Positions 7,818-16,871 of a stretch of DNA of 64,000 nucleotides are shown piece after piece. The first letter of the stretch is position 1; every line of letters begins with the position of its first letter. Position numbers and translations under genes: made by a program. Location of the stretch: positions 1-64,000 of the IMG/VR virus record IMGVR_UViG_3300023174_000110; one strand, given 5' to 3'. Under the pieces are notes generated by a model. The model was given only the letters and a program-made list of their open reading frames with translations, was not told where the DNA came from and did no database searches. Origin of the DNA: a virus.

Positions 7818-8090
7818 TTAAGCAGTAAAGCTGTAACCTGCGCTGAGAGCAGCACGAACCATAGATTTGGTTGGTTTGCCCATGCGATATGCTTTAACTT
7901 TGGTACCATCACTACGCTTAACGGTGTTGGTGTAAATGCAATGTCCTTCTTGACGCAATTCGTCAATGCGGGCAGATACGTTTTGAATGCCGAAACGAGC
8001 ACGAGCCTGTGCTGTGGTTAAAGTGTTGTAACCTTCGGATTTGCTTAGGTAATTTACGATCTTTTGTTTAGCGGATAATTGCTTTTTCAT
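7818..8090 (-). CDS. winged helix-turn-helix DNA-binding protein
   Basis: TLTTAQARARFGIQNVSARIDELRQEGHCIYT; start moved to MKKQLS (GGAG upstream). Confidence 0.75.
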   Translation of the reverse strand: MKKQLSAKQKIVNYLSKSEGYNTLTTAQARARFGIQNVSARIDELRQEGHCIYTNTVKRSDGTKVKAYRMGKPTKSMVRAALSAGYSFTA

Positions 8091-8144
8091 AATAAAACTC
8101 CATAGTAAGTTAATAAAATAACCTTGCGTATTGCAAGTTCTCAC

Positions 8145-8174
8145 ATCATAACATTATATAGGTGCGTCTGTCAA
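8145..8174 (-). promoter_or_regulatory. sigma70-type promoter of wHTH gene
   Basis: TTGACA-18 nt-TATGAT; spacer nearly identical to the promoter at 890-918. Confidence 0.65.
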
Positions 8175-8193
8175 GTATAATAATGGTATATTT

Positions 8194-9519
8194 TTATCTG
8201 CCAACTTGTGGCAAATACTTTGCCTTGGTTTCTTCCCAAGAAAGGTAAATAAGGTCATCATAAAAGAGTGATTCATATGAAACATTATTTTTCTTTTGTA
8301 ATTGCCTAATTCTACCTTTGGCATATTTGGTTTTCCAAATATTTGCCAATGTTTCTTCACTGGTATCAAATGACTTTACCAGAGATTCATCCGTAATTTC
8401 TTTACGGAGAAATTCGTTTGTATTATTATACAGCGGACTAAAATAGATACCACGTTGGTGTTCTGTACGAATTAATTCTTTAGGAATATTAAGTTTTGAA
8501 TAGGCAAAATTCAAAGAACGATTTTTATGATCTCGTTTGAGTGGAAGTCCTTGAGGATTTTTGGCGTCCCACCATTCAAAATATTTTTTGGTGTGGTTCT
8601 TTTTAATCCAGTCAAATACCATTTTTTTAGTTTCTCTAGTTGGTTCAAAAGCAACCGAGCCTGAAGAAAATCCCATTGCCTTCCAATGTTCAAGTCCGTC
8701 ATATTGTGATAATCCACCAGCTTTAGTTTTTCCATAAAGACTAGTTGTGGTAACTCCGACCAAAGTGTCACCATATCTTTCTTTCCAATCTTTTTGAACG
8801 GTATCAGATAGGCACATCAAAGCTAGTAATTTACCACCCATATAATTATAGCCAAGCGGTTGTAATGGAACAATTGTAGAACCAATTGCCGTATGGTTAA
8901 TCATGTTTTGTTTTGTTTTGACATCTCTTGGCCAACCGATTGCATTATCTCTTGGAGTCAAGTCCAGAAAGTCTGACGAGATACAGATGACACCAAGATA
9001 TTTTTTGGTAACTTTATCTTGTAAAATATAATACAGATTACGACCAATGTTACTATTATTTTTCATTGTAGAAGAAAAAGTACGAATGGCATTCCAAGTT
9101 TCAACTCCAGTACCATTGGAAAGAATCATAACGGGTTCTAATTTTTCATAATCATCAGAAGATTCTGGTACCCAAAAGTTTTCTTTAACTTCTTTAATTA
9201 GTTCTTCTTGTTTTTTATCAATTATTTGTATTTCAATACCATCTGACATAGTTGATACTTCATGTACTGGATATCTTTCTTTGATTTCACACCATTTTTG
9301 GTATAATGTATATTCACGAACATCCATATCCGAAGCATATCTTAAATCGGAGATTAAAGTTTCTTTTAAAGTAAGGTCATCAATATGTTCAAAAGATTCT
9401 ATAGGATTTTGTTTTTGCCAAGCTTCCCATTGTTCTTCAGGTGTTCCAATTTCTTTAGTTGAAACAACAACTTCTTCATCACCCCATAATGTACTTATGG
9501 TATCAATCTTTTTTGCCAT
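8194..9519 (-). CDS. DUF4338 / DruA-like (Mom-related GNAT-like) protein
   Basis: GRNL..., LGVICISSD, RD..IGW, P.GYNYMGGKLLA, TTTSLYG, SQY, W..MG.SSG pattern. Confidence 0.7.
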   Translation of the reverse strand: MAKKIDTISTLWGDEEVVVSTKEIGTPEEQWEAWQKQNPIESFEHIDDLTLKETLISDLRYASDMDVREYTLYQKWCEIKERYPVHEVSTMSDGIEIQIIDKKQEELIKEVKENFWVPESSDDYEKLEPVMILSNGTGVETWNAIRTFSSTMKNNSNIGRNLYYILQDKVTKKYLGVICISSDFLDLTPRDNAIGWPRDVKTKQNMINHTAIGSTIVPLQPLGYNYMGGKLLALMCLSDTVQKDWKERYGDTLVGVTTTSLYGKTKAGGLSQYDGLEHWKAMGFSSGSVAFEPTRETKKMVFDWIKKNHTKKYFEWWDAKNPQGLPLKRDHKNRSLNFAYSKLNIPKELIRTEHQRGIYFSPLYNNTNEFLRKEITDESLVKSFDTSEETLANIWKTKYAKGRIRQLQKKNNVSYESLFYDDLIYLSWEETKAKYLPQVGR

Positions 9520-10091
9520 TATTTAAGTTTTAATTTCTTCATTAATTTATTTCGTTTTTGCATTCCAGATTGCAATGCCATTGGTTTAGTTTTACTAGTA
9601 TAAACTATTCCATTCATGTGGTCAAGCTCATGTTGAAAACAACGAGCAGATATGCCAGAAAAGGTGGCACCTTTCCATTCTCCATTAAAATCTTGGTATC
9701 GAACTCCTATTTCAGCCGGTCTGGTAATTCTTAAACCTAATAAAGGAAAAGAAAGGCATCCTTCTATCATATGGCTTTCTTCTTTTGAAGAATTAATTAT
9801 TTCTGGATTAAAAAATGCCACGTAATCATCATCGGTACCCATAACAAATACTCGATACCTAAAACCACATTGGTTTGCTGATAAACCATAACCACGATTG
9901 TGTTTGCATGTTTCAACAAGGGTGGATGCAAATAAGCTAGGATTAACTGGTGGATTGTTAAAATTAAATTCTGGCATTACCTCATTTAAAATAGGATCTG
10001 TTTCTGCCACCAATTTAAAAATATTAATTTGTTTTTTAGGTTCAGAAACTTTTACTGCATCTTCTGTGTTAAATGTGATTATATCACTCAT
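9519..10091 (-). CDS. def: peptide deformylase
   Basis: GYGLSANQ, EGCLS and QHELDH motifs. Confidence 0.95.
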   Translation of the reverse strand: MSDIITFNTEDAVKVSEPKKQINIFKLVAETDPILNEVMPEFNFNNPPVNPSLFASTLVETCKHNRGYGLSANQCGFRYRVFVMGTDDDYVAFFNPEIINSSKEESHMIEGCLSFPLLGLRITRPAEIGVRYQDFNGEWKGATFSGISARCFQHELDHMNGIVYTSKTKPMALQSGMQKRNKLMKKLKLK

Positions 10092-10632
10092 TTATTTTCT
10101 CCTGTAATTCATCAAATATTCCCATGGACAATTCAAATCCGAGCAAAGCTTCTTCAACTAACTCTGTGGATAATTTAGCATCTAATGCTTTGATTAATGC
10201 GGGCCTATCTTCAAACTGATATGCTTTGCCAGAACCAGGTACTCTTTTTGCAATAATCTTTCCGCCATATAAATCGCCCATGTGTCTAACATAGACATGT
10301 GCCAACAAAAGGTGTCTTTTTTCTGGTGTGTAAAACAATTCTTCTATGTGTTTACGGTACTTTTGTGTGCTTTCGTATTTGTTGGTTGGATAACCAGAAT
10401 GTAATTCAGACAAATCCTGTAGAATATAATTAGACCTTTTTATGTCCGGTAAATCTTGAATTAAACCAGCCAATTCTGCATAATATTCCAAAATAGCATA
10501 AACAGGAAACATCTGTTGTAGATACATTACATAATGTGTTTCTGTAATTGTTCCACCAAGAAGATATTGAACGAAAGGTTTAGATTCCGCTTCTCGATGT
10601 TTTGCATTAGTATATTCTCTCAACACACTCAT
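10084..10632 (-). CDS. heme oxygenase
   Basis: LREYT..KH..AE, LLAHVYVRHMGDLYGG. Confidence 0.88.
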   Translation of the reverse strand: MSVLREYTNAKHREAESKPFVQYLLGGTITETHYVMYLQQMFPVYAILEYYAELAGLIQDLPDIKRSNYILQDLSELHSGYPTNKYESTQKYRKHIEELFYTPEKRHLLLAHVYVRHMGDLYGGKIIAKRVPGSGKAYQFEDRPALIKALDAKLSTELVEEALLGFELSMGIFDELQEKINE

Positions 10633-12344
10633 TTCGCCACCTGACTAAAATTATTTTTCTTTTCAAATTTAATAATCGACCTGAATTTATCAAATAACTG
10701 GTCGCCTTTGTGGGATATAACAAATACATTGGTGTCAGTTCCCATGTCATGAATTAATTTTAAAAATTCTTCCGTGCCAACACCATCTAAAGAAGAATCA
10801 AATACCTCATCAAGAATCAATAGATTGGTATTAGTACTGTTTTTTAACTTGGCAATCTGTCGCCATGTAAATAACAATGCCAAGTCAATACGCATTTTTT
10901 CACCTTCTGAAAAATTGGCATAACTAAACTCATCACGGTGCCTTGATTTGATTGTTTCTTCAAATGATTCATTGATATTAAAGTTTACAAAAAAATCCAT
11001 GGCTGTCAAATACTTATTAATTAATTTATTCATAATAGGCAAGTATTGTTTAATAATTTTGGTTTTAATACCAGTATCTTTTAATAGTGCTCCAGCGAAT
11101 TCATAATATTGTTTATCAATCGACAATTGTTCTTGAGTTGAAATTAAACCTTTAAGTTCTTCACGCAACTCTTTTAATTTAGCATTTTCTTCTTCCAACG
11201 AATCTTTTTTGGAAGATAGTTCTGTAATTTCTTTTTCTACTTTAGTAATATACGAAAGAACGGCTGTTATAGTAGAATTGTGTTTGACGATTTCATTATT
11301 GTGTGCCGTAATATGTTGAAGTGTTTTTTGTATTTTTTCTATTCTATCATTTGTTTCAGAAATTTGTTTTTCAATATCTTCTAACGCTGTATTAACTTGG
11401 CTTTTTGTTTCACTTAATGTAACAATTTGTTGAGTTTTAAATTCATGTTCAATACCTTGTTTACAAGTAGGACAATTATCATGGTCATGATAAAATACCA
11501 CATCCTTTTCAAGTTTTTTTAAACGAGATTCTAATTTAGATTCGTATTGAACCAACTTGGCACTTTTCTTTTGCATAGCCATTTGATCAGCAATCTTACT
11601 TTGTAACACATTAATGTGTTTTTGTATTAGAGCCACGTCTTTATTAAGTTGATCTATTTGTGCATTACTGGTGGCCACTTCTGTTTTTTTCTTCTCAATT
11701 TCGGCATCATTGTGTTTCTTATGTTCTTCAATATTTTGTTTTTGAAAATTGATTCTTTCGGATGTCAAATCCATTTGATGTTTATTTTTTACCGTTTCAT
11801 CTTTAATTGCTGTCATTTTTTCTTTAACAATTGTATTCATTGATGAAAAGATTTGAATGTCCAATAAATCCTCAATGATAGCTCGCCTATCAGCTGGAGA
11901 TAGTTGCATAAAAGGAACAAACGAAGCCGAACCTAAAATCACCACTTGTGTGAATGATTTATAGTTTATTTTAAGAATAAACTTTTCTAGATGTTCTTGA
12001 TAATCTTTTGCTTTAGCATCTTGATCAACAAGATTACCATTACAATAGATTTCAAACATGTTAGGTTTAATACCACGAATAACCTTATACATTTTTTTAC
12101 CAATTGTAAATTCAATCTCCACAAGACAATCAGCTTGATTGATGGAGTTTAGTAATTGTGGTTTGTTGATTTTACGAAATGGTTTACCAAAAAGGCCAAA
12201 ACATAACGCATCTAAGATGGTTGATTTGCCGGCACCATTATTGCCAATAATGAGTGTGTTTGGTGATTTGGTTAGATGAATCTCAGTAAAATTGGCGCCT
12301 GTTGAAAGAAAATTCTTCCAACGGACTTTTTCAAATATAATCAT
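10629..12344 (-). CDS. 46: recombination endonuclease subunit gp46 (Rad50/SbcC-like)
   Basis: GNNGAGKST, CPTC zinc hook, FSEGEK, LILDEVFD. Confidence 0.97.
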   Translation of the reverse strand: MIIFEKVRWKNFLSTGANFTEIHLTKSPNTLIIGNNGAGKSTILDALCFGLFGKPFRKINKPQLLNSINQADCLVEIEFTIGKKMYKVIRGIKPNMFEIYCNGNLVDQDAKAKDYQEHLEKFILKINYKSFTQVVILGSASFVPFMQLSPADRRAIIEDLLDIQIFSSMNTIVKEKMTAIKDETVKNKHQMDLTSERINFQKQNIEEHKKHNDAEIEKKKTEVATSNAQIDQLNKDVALIQKHINVLQSKIADQMAMQKKSAKLVQYESKLESRLKKLEKDVVFYHDHDNCPTCKQGIEHEFKTQQIVTLSETKSQVNTALEDIEKQISETNDRIEKIQKTLQHITAHNNEIVKHNSTITAVLSYITKVEKEITELSSKKDSLEEENAKLKELREELKGLISTQEQLSIDKQYYEFAGALLKDTGIKTKIIKQYLPIMNKLINKYLTAMDFFVNFNINESFEETIKSRHRDEFSYANFSEGEKMRIDLALLFTWRQIAKLKNSTNTNLLILDEVFDSSLDGVGTEEFLKLIHDMGTDTNVFVISHKGDQLFDKFRSIIKFEKKNNFSQVAK

Positions 12345-13456
12345 GCCTGTTCAGTATTCAATGCCTCAACGTATAGTTCTTTTAATACATTTTTAAGGCG
12401 GCCATTGTCAATGTGTTCTTCTTGGATATTATCCACGTATTTGTTAATAATAGTTAAAGTATCTTCCGCTTGGTCAACCATATCATCTTCTAAGCCTTCT
12501 GTCAAGTCTGTAAAGTCCTCGGCAATGGTAATATCAACAGGATTAACTTGATATAATTTTTCCATAAACTTATCAAACAAATAGGGGTTGGTTTTATTCA
12601 ATACAACAACTTTTACATAAGTATTGGTAAACTTGCTAACATCTTTATTGGTAATCTCAGTAATTGATTCTTCCTTGTCATCATAAACGATTCTATGAAA
12701 CATTACATTAGGATTTTTTATAAAAACAAGATTGCGTGTAGCAAGATCAAAAATGTGAAAGCCTCTAGGGTCATTATAATCTTGCCAAGTAAGTTCATAC
12801 GGGTTTCCAAGATAATGTATACCGTCAGCTGAACTCCTATGATGATAGTGACCACTAAAAGTAAAATCGAAGCGTCTAAATAATTCACGACTTAATCCTT
12901 CTTGACTTGGCATACCACGATACATAGCAAATCCTTGAATCTCAAAGTGTCCCATGCAAATATCAGCAGATGTATTTTGTAACTCTGCTAAACTGTTATT
13001 GTAATTTTCTGGACAAATCCATGGCATCATACAGATATCGTAATTTGTATCCTCATATTTTAAATGGATTGTTTGTGGAGAAGATATAACATTGATATTA
13101 CTGTATTCTTGCAACAATAAATCAACTGAATTTACTTCATTGGTATTTTTAAAATAAGTGTCGTGATTACCAGCCAACATATGCACTTGAATGTTTTTGT
13201 CATACAATTTATCAAAAAACATTTCTCTAGTGCGTTTTAAAGTATAAAAATTTACATACTTTCTACGATCAAAAGTATCACCTAAAATGAGAACAGTATT
13301 AATCCCATGTTCTTCAAGAGCTGGAAAGAAAGTACCAGAATAGAATTTCTCATAATAATCTAAGAAATGTATTGAATCATTACGGGCACCAAAGTGTTGG
13401 TCAGTAATGATGGCAACTTTAGTTGCGGCCTGGTTTTCTGTGGTCAATGTCATCAT
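12341..13456 (-). CDS. 47: recombination endonuclease subunit gp47 (Mre11/SbcD-like)
   Basis: TDQHFG, GDTFD, GNHD, SGHYH. Confidence 0.96.
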   Translation of the reverse strand: MMTLTTENQAATKVAIITDQHFGARNDSIHFLDYYEKFYSGTFFPALEEHGINTVLILGDTFDRRKYVNFYTLKRTREMFFDKLYDKNIQVHMLAGNHDTYFKNTNEVNSVDLLLQEYSNINVISSPQTIHLKYEDTNYDICMMPWICPENYNNSLAELQNTSADICMGHFEIQGFAMYRGMPSQEGLSRELFRRFDFTFSGHYHHRSSADGIHYLGNPYELTWQDYNDPRGFHIFDLATRNLVFIKNPNVMFHRIVYDDKEESITEITNKDVSKFTNTYVKVVVLNKTNPYLFDKFMEKLYQVNPVDITIAEDFTDLTEGLEDDMVDQAEDTLTIINKYVDNIQEEHIDNGRLKNVLKELYVEALNTEQA

Positions 13457-13577
13457 AATATTTAATCTCTAATATAGAACCAACTGGCTGTTTGATACCA
13501 AAAACTGCGGCATCTTCAAACTTATCAAATTCTTTTGTTATAATATAATCTTCTAATAGATATGTCACTTTATACAT
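13419..13577 (-). CDS. small hypothetical protein, 52 aa (MYKVTYLLED...EIKYYD...)
   Basis: Manually translated; AGGAG SD; paralog of the neighbouring ORF. Confidence 0.65.
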   Translation of the reverse strand: MYKVTYLLEDYIITKEFDKFEDAAVFGIKQPVGSILEIKYYDDIDHRKPGRN

Positions 13578-13589
13578 TATATAATTCTC

Positions 13590-13757
13590 CTAAAGTGTAG
13601 GTGTGTTAGGATCATTTTCGTCATAGAATTTAATTTCAAATAAACACTCTTTGTCCATTTTTTTAGAAAAATCCAGTGACTCTCTATGAGTTTTAAACCA
13701 TTTAAAAAGTAAAACATCTTTTTTATCCAAAGATGGATAATATGTAACTTTGTACAT
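13590..13757 (-). CDS. small hypothetical protein, 55 aa (MYKVTYYPSL...EIKFYD...)
   Basis: Manually translated; GAGG SD at the end of gp55. Confidence 0.65.
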   Translation of the reverse strand: MYKVTYYPSLDKKDVLLFKWFKTHRESLDFSKKMDKECLFEIKFYDENDPNTPTL

Positions 13758-13761
13758 TATA

Positions 13762-14310
13762 CTATTCCTCTAAAAATTTTTCAATACCTTTTGATTTTTT
13801 TGCCACTTCTTTTTTGGCTTTTTTTGTTTTTTCGTATGTGCCTATAAATTCGGCTATGTTGTCATACAATTCAAATTGTTTGGTGGTACCATCTTCAAAT
13901 TCCATTAATTCCATTTCATCTAAGATGCCCATCTGTTCTGTGGCTTTATATTTGACATATGTTTGTTTTTTCTCTTTACCAATTCTTCGCAAAAAGGCAA
14001 AGTAAATGACTTGTGTAAAATAAGCAAATGGATTTTTTGATTTGGCTGGATCAAAATTATCAAAGTATTGTAAACAGTTTTCAATACCATCAGACATCAT
14101 TTCATCACGATATGTATAGTTAATGAAGTTTGGTTTATGTGATAAACCCTCTGCTATCTTCATAAAGCACTCACCAATATAGTTTGGTATGGCTGGTTTT
14201 GGTTTCTTTTCTTTTTTGGCTTTGTTGCAAGCCTCTTTGTAATCAACGAGTGCTTTTAAAAAATCAGCATTGTTTATATAATGTTTTTGTTTAGTCGCCA
14301 TGTTTACCAT
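13762..14310 (-). CDS. 55: late-transcription sigma factor gp55
   Basis: HYINNADF, YIGECF.KIA.GLS, NPFAYFTQ..YFAFLRRI.KEK. Confidence 0.96.
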   Translation of the reverse strand: MVNMATKQKHYINNADFLKALVDYKEACNKAKKEKKPKPAIPNYIGECFMKIAEGLSHKPNFINYTYRDEMMSDGIENCLQYFDNFDPAKSKNPFAYFTQVIYFAFLRRIGKEKKQTYVKYKATEQMGILDEMELMEFEDGTTKQFELYDNIAEFIGTYEKTKKAKKEVAKKSKGIEKFLEE

Positions 14311-14319
14311 TTAATGTTG

Positions 14320-14348
14320 TTGACAATCGCTTGACAAGTGTGTATAGT
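14320..14348 (+). promoter_or_regulatory. antisense sigma70-type promoter upstream of gp55
   Basis: TTGACA-17 nt-TATAGT on the + strand with a second TTGACA inside the spacer. Confidence 0.6.
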
Positions 14349-14372
14349 CGAGTATGTCCTTGGTTGAAAGTA

Positions 14373-14753
14373 TTAATGTAATATATTTCCATTATGATTT
14401 AAATCTTCAAATTGTTGTAAAGCATCATTTATTTCTTCATCAGACATATCTTGTACCATTTTTTTAGCTTTCAATAAGTCTTGTATTTTCTTTATTGTGT
14501 TGACGTAATATTCACAGAAATCATCTGCGGGTTCAATTAAACAAAGTATGTCTTGTTTTTCCAAAATGATTTCATTTTTTTTAATTAATTGTATTGGCAA
14601 CCAATGCCTCATCACGAGGCCAAGTTCTTTACCTTGAAATTCTAATCCAACAGTCATAGGCTCAGTAACATCATATGCACTTATACCGTTGGCTGTTAAT
14701 TGTCCAACAATATCTTCACCATTCTTTAATCTGACTATTTTTATATTATCCAT
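14373..14753 (-). CDS. conserved T4-like hypothetical protein (Sm-like fold candidate)
   Basis: IKIVRLKNGEDIVG N-terminus; usual position between uvsW and gp55. Confidence 0.7.
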   Translation of the reverse strand: MDNIKIVRLKNGEDIVGQLTANGISAYDVTEPMTVGLEFQGKELGLVMRHWLPIQLIKKNEIILEKQDILCLIEPADDFCEYYVNTIKKIQDLLKAKKMVQDMSDEEINDALQQFEDLNHNGNILH

Positions 14754-16236
14754 TTTTTAGTCCTATTTTGTATATTTTGAATGGGAACTTCTCCTCATTA
14801 TATATCTTAGTTCTTTCCACGAAATGTTTTAATGTATAATTCATATGTTTTTTATATCGTAAGTCATCTGATATGTCATATAATGTGGCTATTTCTTTTC
14901 CATCATTTTGCCTAAGACCCCTGCCAATACTTTGTAATGTTCTAATAGACGATTTAGTTGGCATTGCAAATATAATATTATGCAAATTTCTAATATTGAT
15001 ACCAGTACTAAAAGTGCCAAAGGAAGCGACCACGATAGCATCTTGTTCTATTTCCATAATTTTTCTAATATCTTCACGGTCAGTTGTGTCTGTACCACCA
15101 TGAACAAAAAATACTTTTCTATTACCAATCTTCTCCGTTTCTCTTATCATATCATACAATATTTTACCATGTTTGTCAACCATTTGATACAATACAAGTG
15201 TATTTTTACCTAAGCTAACTGCAAGATTTTTAATAAACTTATTTCTAATTTCATGTGATATCAGATATTGAATTTCTTCGGGGTAAGTATAATCTTTTGC
15301 CTTTAAACATTCCTCATCACTATGTTTTAACACTAAACATTTTATTTCAAAATTTGAAAGTTGCTGTTTGTCAATTAATTCTTTTGTGCTAATAACTTTT
15401 TTAACTGTGCCAAACAAACCTTCTAATACCAGTTTATGTGTTTTGGTACCATCTAAAGTACCAGTAAGACCAATACGATATTTGGCATTGACACATGAGG
15501 TTAATATGGTTGTTAATGATTGTGCTTTAAAAAGGTGAGCTTCATCACCAATAACATAATCAAACTGATGAAAATATTCTTTTGGCATTTTATATAACGA
15601 TTGCCATGTTGAAATAGTAAGTGGTTTATCCGTTTCTTTTTCTTTACCTTGGTAGATACGATGAACATCTGTCATTTCACTATCATTGTAATCACCAAAA
15701 TCGGAATACAACTGTTCGACTAACGATGTGGTAGGAACAATTATGAGACCTTTGAGTTTTTGATATTGATGTAATTGTCGAAAGATTAGATAGATGATAA
15801 GAGATTTACCAGAAGCAGTTGGTGAAACCAACAACGCTCGGCGTTTTTGCATGGCGTGAATATAAGCATTTAGCTGATGTTCTCGTACTTCAATTGATTC
15901 ACCACGAGAATGAATGTTTAAAGAATCAATAAACTTTTTGGCATGATACGCCGAATATTCATCTTCAATATCAGGCCTTGGATCACCATAATCAAATTTA
16001 TATTCTCTTTCATTACAAAATTCTTCAATGTATGGCAAAAGACCAAGATAAACTTGGCTTGTTTGTAAATTATATAAACGAATTTTTCCATCCCAAACTC
16101 GATTACGATATGCAGGAACAAATTGATAACCAGGAACAAAGAATGTAAAAAACTCTGACAACTCTTTTGAAATATGTTTCTCACAAGTTATCTTGGCATA
16201 CACCTCATCTTTTTTGGATATAACTATATCACTCAT
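14746..16236 (-). CDS. uvsW: RNA-DNA/DNA helicase UvsW
   Basis: WDGKIRL, SPTASGKS, DEAH, QSIGRGLR. Confidence 0.96.
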   Translation of the reverse strand: MSDIVISKKDEVYAKITCEKHISKELSEFFTFFVPGYQFVPAYRNRVWDGKIRLYNLQTSQVYLGLLPYIEEFCNEREYKFDYGDPRPDIEDEYSAYHAKKFIDSLNIHSRGESIEVREHQLNAYIHAMQKRRALLVSPTASGKSLIIYLIFRQLHQYQKLKGLIIVPTTSLVEQLYSDFGDYNDSEMTDVHRIYQGKEKETDKPLTISTWQSLYKMPKEYFHQFDYVIGDEAHLFKAQSLTTILTSCVNAKYRIGLTGTLDGTKTHKLVLEGLFGTVKKVISTKELIDKQQLSNFEIKCLVLKHSDEECLKAKDYTYPEEIQYLISHEIRNKFIKNLAVSLGKNTLVLYQMVDKHGKILYDMIRETEKIGNRKVFFVHGGTDTTDREDIRKIMEIEQDAIVVASFGTFSTGINIRNLHNIIFAMPTKSSIRTLQSIGRGLRQNDGKEIATLYDISDDLRYKKHMNYTLKHFVERTKIYNEEKFPFKIYKIGLKNG

Positions 16237-16871
16237 TCTTTTTCATCAAACTTATAGAACCATGAATCGGGTGTACCAACACTCCACTTAGATACATTTT
16301 CTACCGAATAAATTTCTGTGGGTATTTTGAAATCAGGAGTTTTAACTACAGGAGGTACCAGTGACACATCATACCATAGGCAACGATTGTTTGGTTGACA
16401 GGCAAAATGGCCATTATCTAATTGAATAAAGTTATACGATTTGTGTTCTTGTACGCCTTCTGAGAAACTGGTGTCAATACGATTAAAATCTGGTGCCGCA
16501 AAATCAATCGTAAAAAGGTATTTTCCAAAATGAAACACTCGGTCTTTGCCAAAGTATTTTACTTTAAGTCCTCGTAGATTTGATTTCTCAATTACCGCCA
16601 TGTCATATGACAAACAATCCCATATCTGTAGATTATCCAACGGCAAATACTCATCAACAGGTTTCCACACGTATGCAGATATTGGTAACTTATCAAACAA
16701 AGCACCATAATCGGTTAACATACATTCAATACGGAATGCCTGACCTTTGATTGCCTTGGCAGTAATCCATACACAAGGTTCTAATTCACCATGACCTTTT
16801 TCATGGTTATAAAGGAACTCTTTACGAACAAAACACTTAACTGGTGGTATATTTGCAACTAAAAAAGACAT
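16233..16871 (-). CDS. conserved hypothetical phage protein
   Basis: Long ORF; start MSFLVANIPP coupled to uvsY stop (TAATG). Confidence 0.75.
   Translation of the reverse strand: MSFLVANIPPVKCFVRKEFLYNHEKGHGELEPCVWITAKAIKGQAFRIECMLTDYGALFDKLPISAYVWKPVDEYLPLDNLQIWDCLSYDMAVIEKSNLRGLKVKYFGKDRVFHFGKYLFTIDFAAPDFNRIDTSFSEGVQEHKSYNFIQLDNGHFACQPNNRCLWYDVSLVPPVVKTPDFKIPTEIYSVENVSKWSVGTPDSWFYKFDEKE

Noticed and set aside
8194-9519. Complete Druantia defence system
   Set aside because: Only a DruA-like gene is present; no DruE helicase or other Dru genes, and the context is a lytic phage replication block
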